From assembly GCA_039545335.1 (NCBI GenBank), contig BCIN01000009.1:186001-250000 (forward strand): a DNA stretch of 64,000 bases. The letters run 5' to 3'. The translations under genes and the position numbers were made by a program. The DNA is from Kondoa subrosea (lineage: Eukaryota). Below the pieces are notes generated by a model, which saw only the letters and a program-made list of their open reading frames with translations, did not search any database and was not told the origin of the DNA. Within the stretch, counting starts at the first letter, position 1. Each line of letters opens with the position of its first letter. Shown piece after piece: positions 60,393-64,000 of the stretch.

Positions 60393-61108
60393 AATGGATA
60401 AAAGCAGAAAGAAATGTAAAGAGGCTAGCAGATCAAGCAAGGAAAGACCAATTTCGCTCGTTTTGTTAGCTCCGGGCGGTGAAGTAACGGGTAGACACAT
60501 GGAAGCCATGCGATGTATAAGCGAATTCATCATATCTGATTGTGTTAGACCATGTTGACACGCCTAGTTCTAGGCTTGCTGGGAAAATGGTAGATTGCGT
60601 CGCTGTACGAAGCTCAACATACAATTTTCATGATAGAATGGACAAAGGGCTATCGTATTCTCTTGGCGTCCTATCTCAGAAGAACTGCCTTGAAGTCAAG
60701 AAAGGCAAAGAATAAAAGCGAGAGACTGCAAGCCAGCTTGAAGGCCGTCCAATATTGAAAGGCATTTGGGGTCGCATCTCAGAGTGAAAATTCCTAATGT
60801 AATGCGGTGCATCATATAATAAATGAGATGGAAGTACAGCAGCGCTTCGATGACGACAGAACCATGATGAAACATGCCCAGCAGAGCACTATGAATAACA
60901 CCGAAAGTAAAAGACAGATCAAACAGCGAACAATGCTGCAAGTGGCTTTTGAGGCAGAAAGTCTCTCTGTGGGTATAGAAATGACAGGATATCTTGCCAG
61001 AGTCGCCTCTCTTGGACGTATGGTGAGAAGCAAGTTTTCCTGCTTCGCTCTTCTCAAGACCGCCGACTCCATTCTCGGTCTCAACTATACGAGAGCACCT
61101 AGATCAAG

Positions 61109-64000
61109 ATGGACGACATGGAGCAGCTCGAGTTGATGTCTTTAACGACATCCATTCAGCGCCTGCTCATGTAAGTCTTTTGGTTTAGACATTGTTCCCT
61201 TATATCTCGAGCTCACTCTGTATCACACAGGAATAACATTGGCATGGATGACAAGGTACACAAGGCTCTATATAGCTGCTTCACATGCACTGAGCCTGCT
61301 TTTCAGGTCCTGGCCGAATTCTTGATTGATCTCCACGACTCTTCAAGCACCTTGAACGATTTCCGTGCAAAGCTCAAAGAATCTGGTTCTGATTTCCCAG
61401 AGTCCTTCATCACTTCAATGGATCGTCTAGTTTTATCGATGCACCCGAAATACAAGAAAGCAACAGCCTTAGCCGCTTCAAGTGCTGCGAAGGGCAAAGG
61501 CAAAGCAGTCGACGATAACAGCACCAGCCTACCAGAGAGTGAAGATCTTATCAAGCAACGTAAATTGTTCCCTGGTCTAGCTATCAAAGATTCAGAATGG
61601 CAACCTTCATATGCTCCTGATAGTGAAGCGGGCAAAGTCAAAGGTGTCCCTGAAGTTGAGGATTTCTTGGACGATATGATGAACCAGTTGGAAGGGGCAC
61701 AAAGCAGAATCAAAGGTAGCAATGGGTCGAGTGATTTGAAACGCAAAAGAAGTATCAGTCCACCTGTTGTTCGAAGTGGCGTAAGAAGACAATCGCCTGA
61801 TTACGAAGCTCGTGGTCGTTCTGGAGGTGGTGATGATCGTGGTCGATCAATGGGAGGAAGAGCTAGACAACCTTTGGATGATAAACCAGTCATGTACAAA
61901 GTCTATCCCGGCAAAGTTACTGGCATCAAGGATTTCGGTGCTTTTGTTTCCCTTGAAGGCATCAATGGTCGACATGAGGGCATGGTTCATATTTCAGCTA
62001 TTCAAGCTAATGCTCGGGTCAACCATCCTTCCGATCTCCTTTCTCGTGGTCAGTCCGTAATGGTGAAAGTCATGTCTATCGCTGCTGGTCGAATAGGTCT
62101 ATCAATGAAAGATGTCGATCAAGATTCGGGTCGAGATCTAACTCCTCATCTCCGCATCAAATCAGAAGCTGAACTAGCTGAAGAACAAGCTTCCCGTTTC
62201 TCTTCCGGTACCAATTCAGGTCCATTAGGTCAAAGAGGATACGGAGGAGTAGCAAAAGCTCCAGTCAAGTTTGCAGACGATAATCGATCTTCAGCTAAAC
62301 GTCTTACTTCACCCGAGCGATGGGAAATTAAACAACTCATCGCTTCCGGCGCTGCTTCTTTAGCTGATTATCCTAATTTGGATGAAGATTTCGCTACTCC
62401 CAACGCTACTGAAGCAGATGAGGAACTAGATATTGAAGTCAGAGAAGATGAGGCACCTTTCTTAGCTGGTCAAGCTCGCAGGGCTTTGGACATTTCTCCA
62501 GTTAAAATCATCAAAGCACCAGATGGAACTTTGAATAGGGCTGCTTTAGCTGGTGGTGCATTAGCTAAAGAAAGAAGGGAATTAAGACAGCAAGAAATGA
62601 ATGATCAAGCGGATGCGGAAGATAAAGATTTGCAAACCCCTTGGCAAGATCCAATGGCTTCTGCTAGTGACAAGCAATTCGCTGCGGATCTCAGAGGACA
62701 GAACCTGGGCAGGAAGAAATTGGATGATGGCCAACCATCATGGAAAGGAAACAAGAATCAGCCAGTCACCTTTGGTAAAATCACAAACCTTTCTATTGCT
62801 GAACAGAGAAAGAGTTTGCCTATCTATCAGTATAGACAACAATTGGTCGAGGCTATTAGAGATGTGAGTGGAAAATTGATCAGCTTCGACCTTTCAGCGT
62901 TGATGCTGATTTTGCGCGCCTCACAGAACCAAGTCATGGTCGTTGTCGGAGAAACTGGATCAGGAAAGACCACTCAAATGACTCAATATTTGGCTGAAGA
63001 AGGTTTCGCTGACCATGGTCGGATTGGATGCACTCAACCTCGTCGTGTAGCAGCCATGTCCGTTGCTAAACGTGTAGCTGAAGAAGTCGGTTGTCGTCTT
63101 GGTCAAGAGGTTGGTTACACAATTCGATTCGAAGATTGCACTACTCCTGAAACCAAAATCAAATATATGACTGATGGTATGTTACAAAGAGAAGCTCTGG
63201 TCGATCCGAATATGAGCCAATACTCTGTCATCATGATGGACGAAGCGCACGAACGCTCTATTCCCACTGATGTTCTTTTCGGTCTGATGAAGAGTGAGCA
63301 GCTTTGCCTCATTTGCGTATCAATACTGACTATTTTGCTCTAGAATCGCTGAAGAGAAGACCCGATCTCAAGCTCATTGTGACTTCAGCTACCATGGACG
63401 CCGAAAAGTTCGCCCGATACTTCGATGGTTGTCCTATCTTCAGTATTCCTGGTCGAACATATCCAGTCGAAACACTCTACTCTCGTGAACCAGAAAGTGA
63501 TTACCTCGACGCTGCACTAATCACAGTCATGCAAATTCATCTTTCCGAACCACCTGGCGACATCTTGCTTTTCCTGACTGGTGCAGAAGAAATCGATACG
63601 AGTGCTGAGATTCTCTTTGAACGAATGAAAGCCCTCGGTCCGCAAGTTCCGGAACTTCTCATCCTGCCTGTATATTCTGCTCTGCCTTCTGAAGTTCAGT
63701 CCAAGATTTTCGATCCAGCTCCTCCTGGTGCACGAAAAGTCGTCATTGCCACCAATATTGCCGAAACTTCCATCACTATTGATGGTATCTACTATGTCAT
63801 TGATCCCGGTTTCGTTAAGCAGAACGCGTATGATCCAAGACTCGGAATGGATTCGCTTGTGGTCGTCCCTATCTCGCAGGCTCAAGCAAGACAGCGCGCT
63901 GGTCGAGCAGGAAGGACTGGTCCTGGTAAATGTTACCGACTCTACACTGAAGCAGCTTATCGGAACGAAATGCTGCCGAATCCAATTCCCGATATCATGC
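61109..64000 (+). CDS. PRP22: DEAH-box splicing helicase Prp22/DHX8 (3' truncated)
   Basis: PWI-like N-terminus, S1 domain ([13 protein letters not shown]), [49 protein letters not shown]. Confidence 0.97.

Noticed and set aside
60560..61100. Short overlapping ORFs upstream of PRP22
   Set aside because: No motif or coherent exon chain was found; treated as intergenic/UTR.
2160..63885. Many 60-160 aa antisense or alternate-frame ORFs in the ORF track
   Set aside because: They overlap well-supported genes and show no independent protein features, so they are treated as shadow ORFs.

Overview
Gene-dense, intron-rich fungal nuclear DNA, most consistent with a basidiomycete (probably Pucciniomycotina; inferred from ~45-60 nt introns, degenerate GT donors and protein style). 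About 30 loci. Conserved genes include STE11, a CSC1/OSCA-like channel, DPM2, MCM2, a Pho80/Clg1-type cyclin, Hikeshi/OPI10, a Gti1/Pac2 (WOPR) regulator, an SDR, RRP9, TMEM135-like, a Zn2Cys6 factor, REV3, MMM1, CRC1, Est1/Ebs1-like, CSN3, a MYND protein and PRP22. Two things stand out. (1) A ~1531-aa membrane-anchored protein fusing GT4, GT2, an unknown module, GT8 and a degenerate GT2-like domain (21234-25978). (2) An unrecognised three-member gene family (12943-14763, 43695-45435, 45624-47387) built from an internally duplicated domain with shared intron positions and a 7-nt microexon. Each of the three copies carries a localised lesion: TGA at a conserved Trp in two copies and a 1-nt frameshift in the third. 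Exon boundaries were read by eye and no database searches were run. No rRNA, tRNA, transposon or CRISPR feature was recognised.
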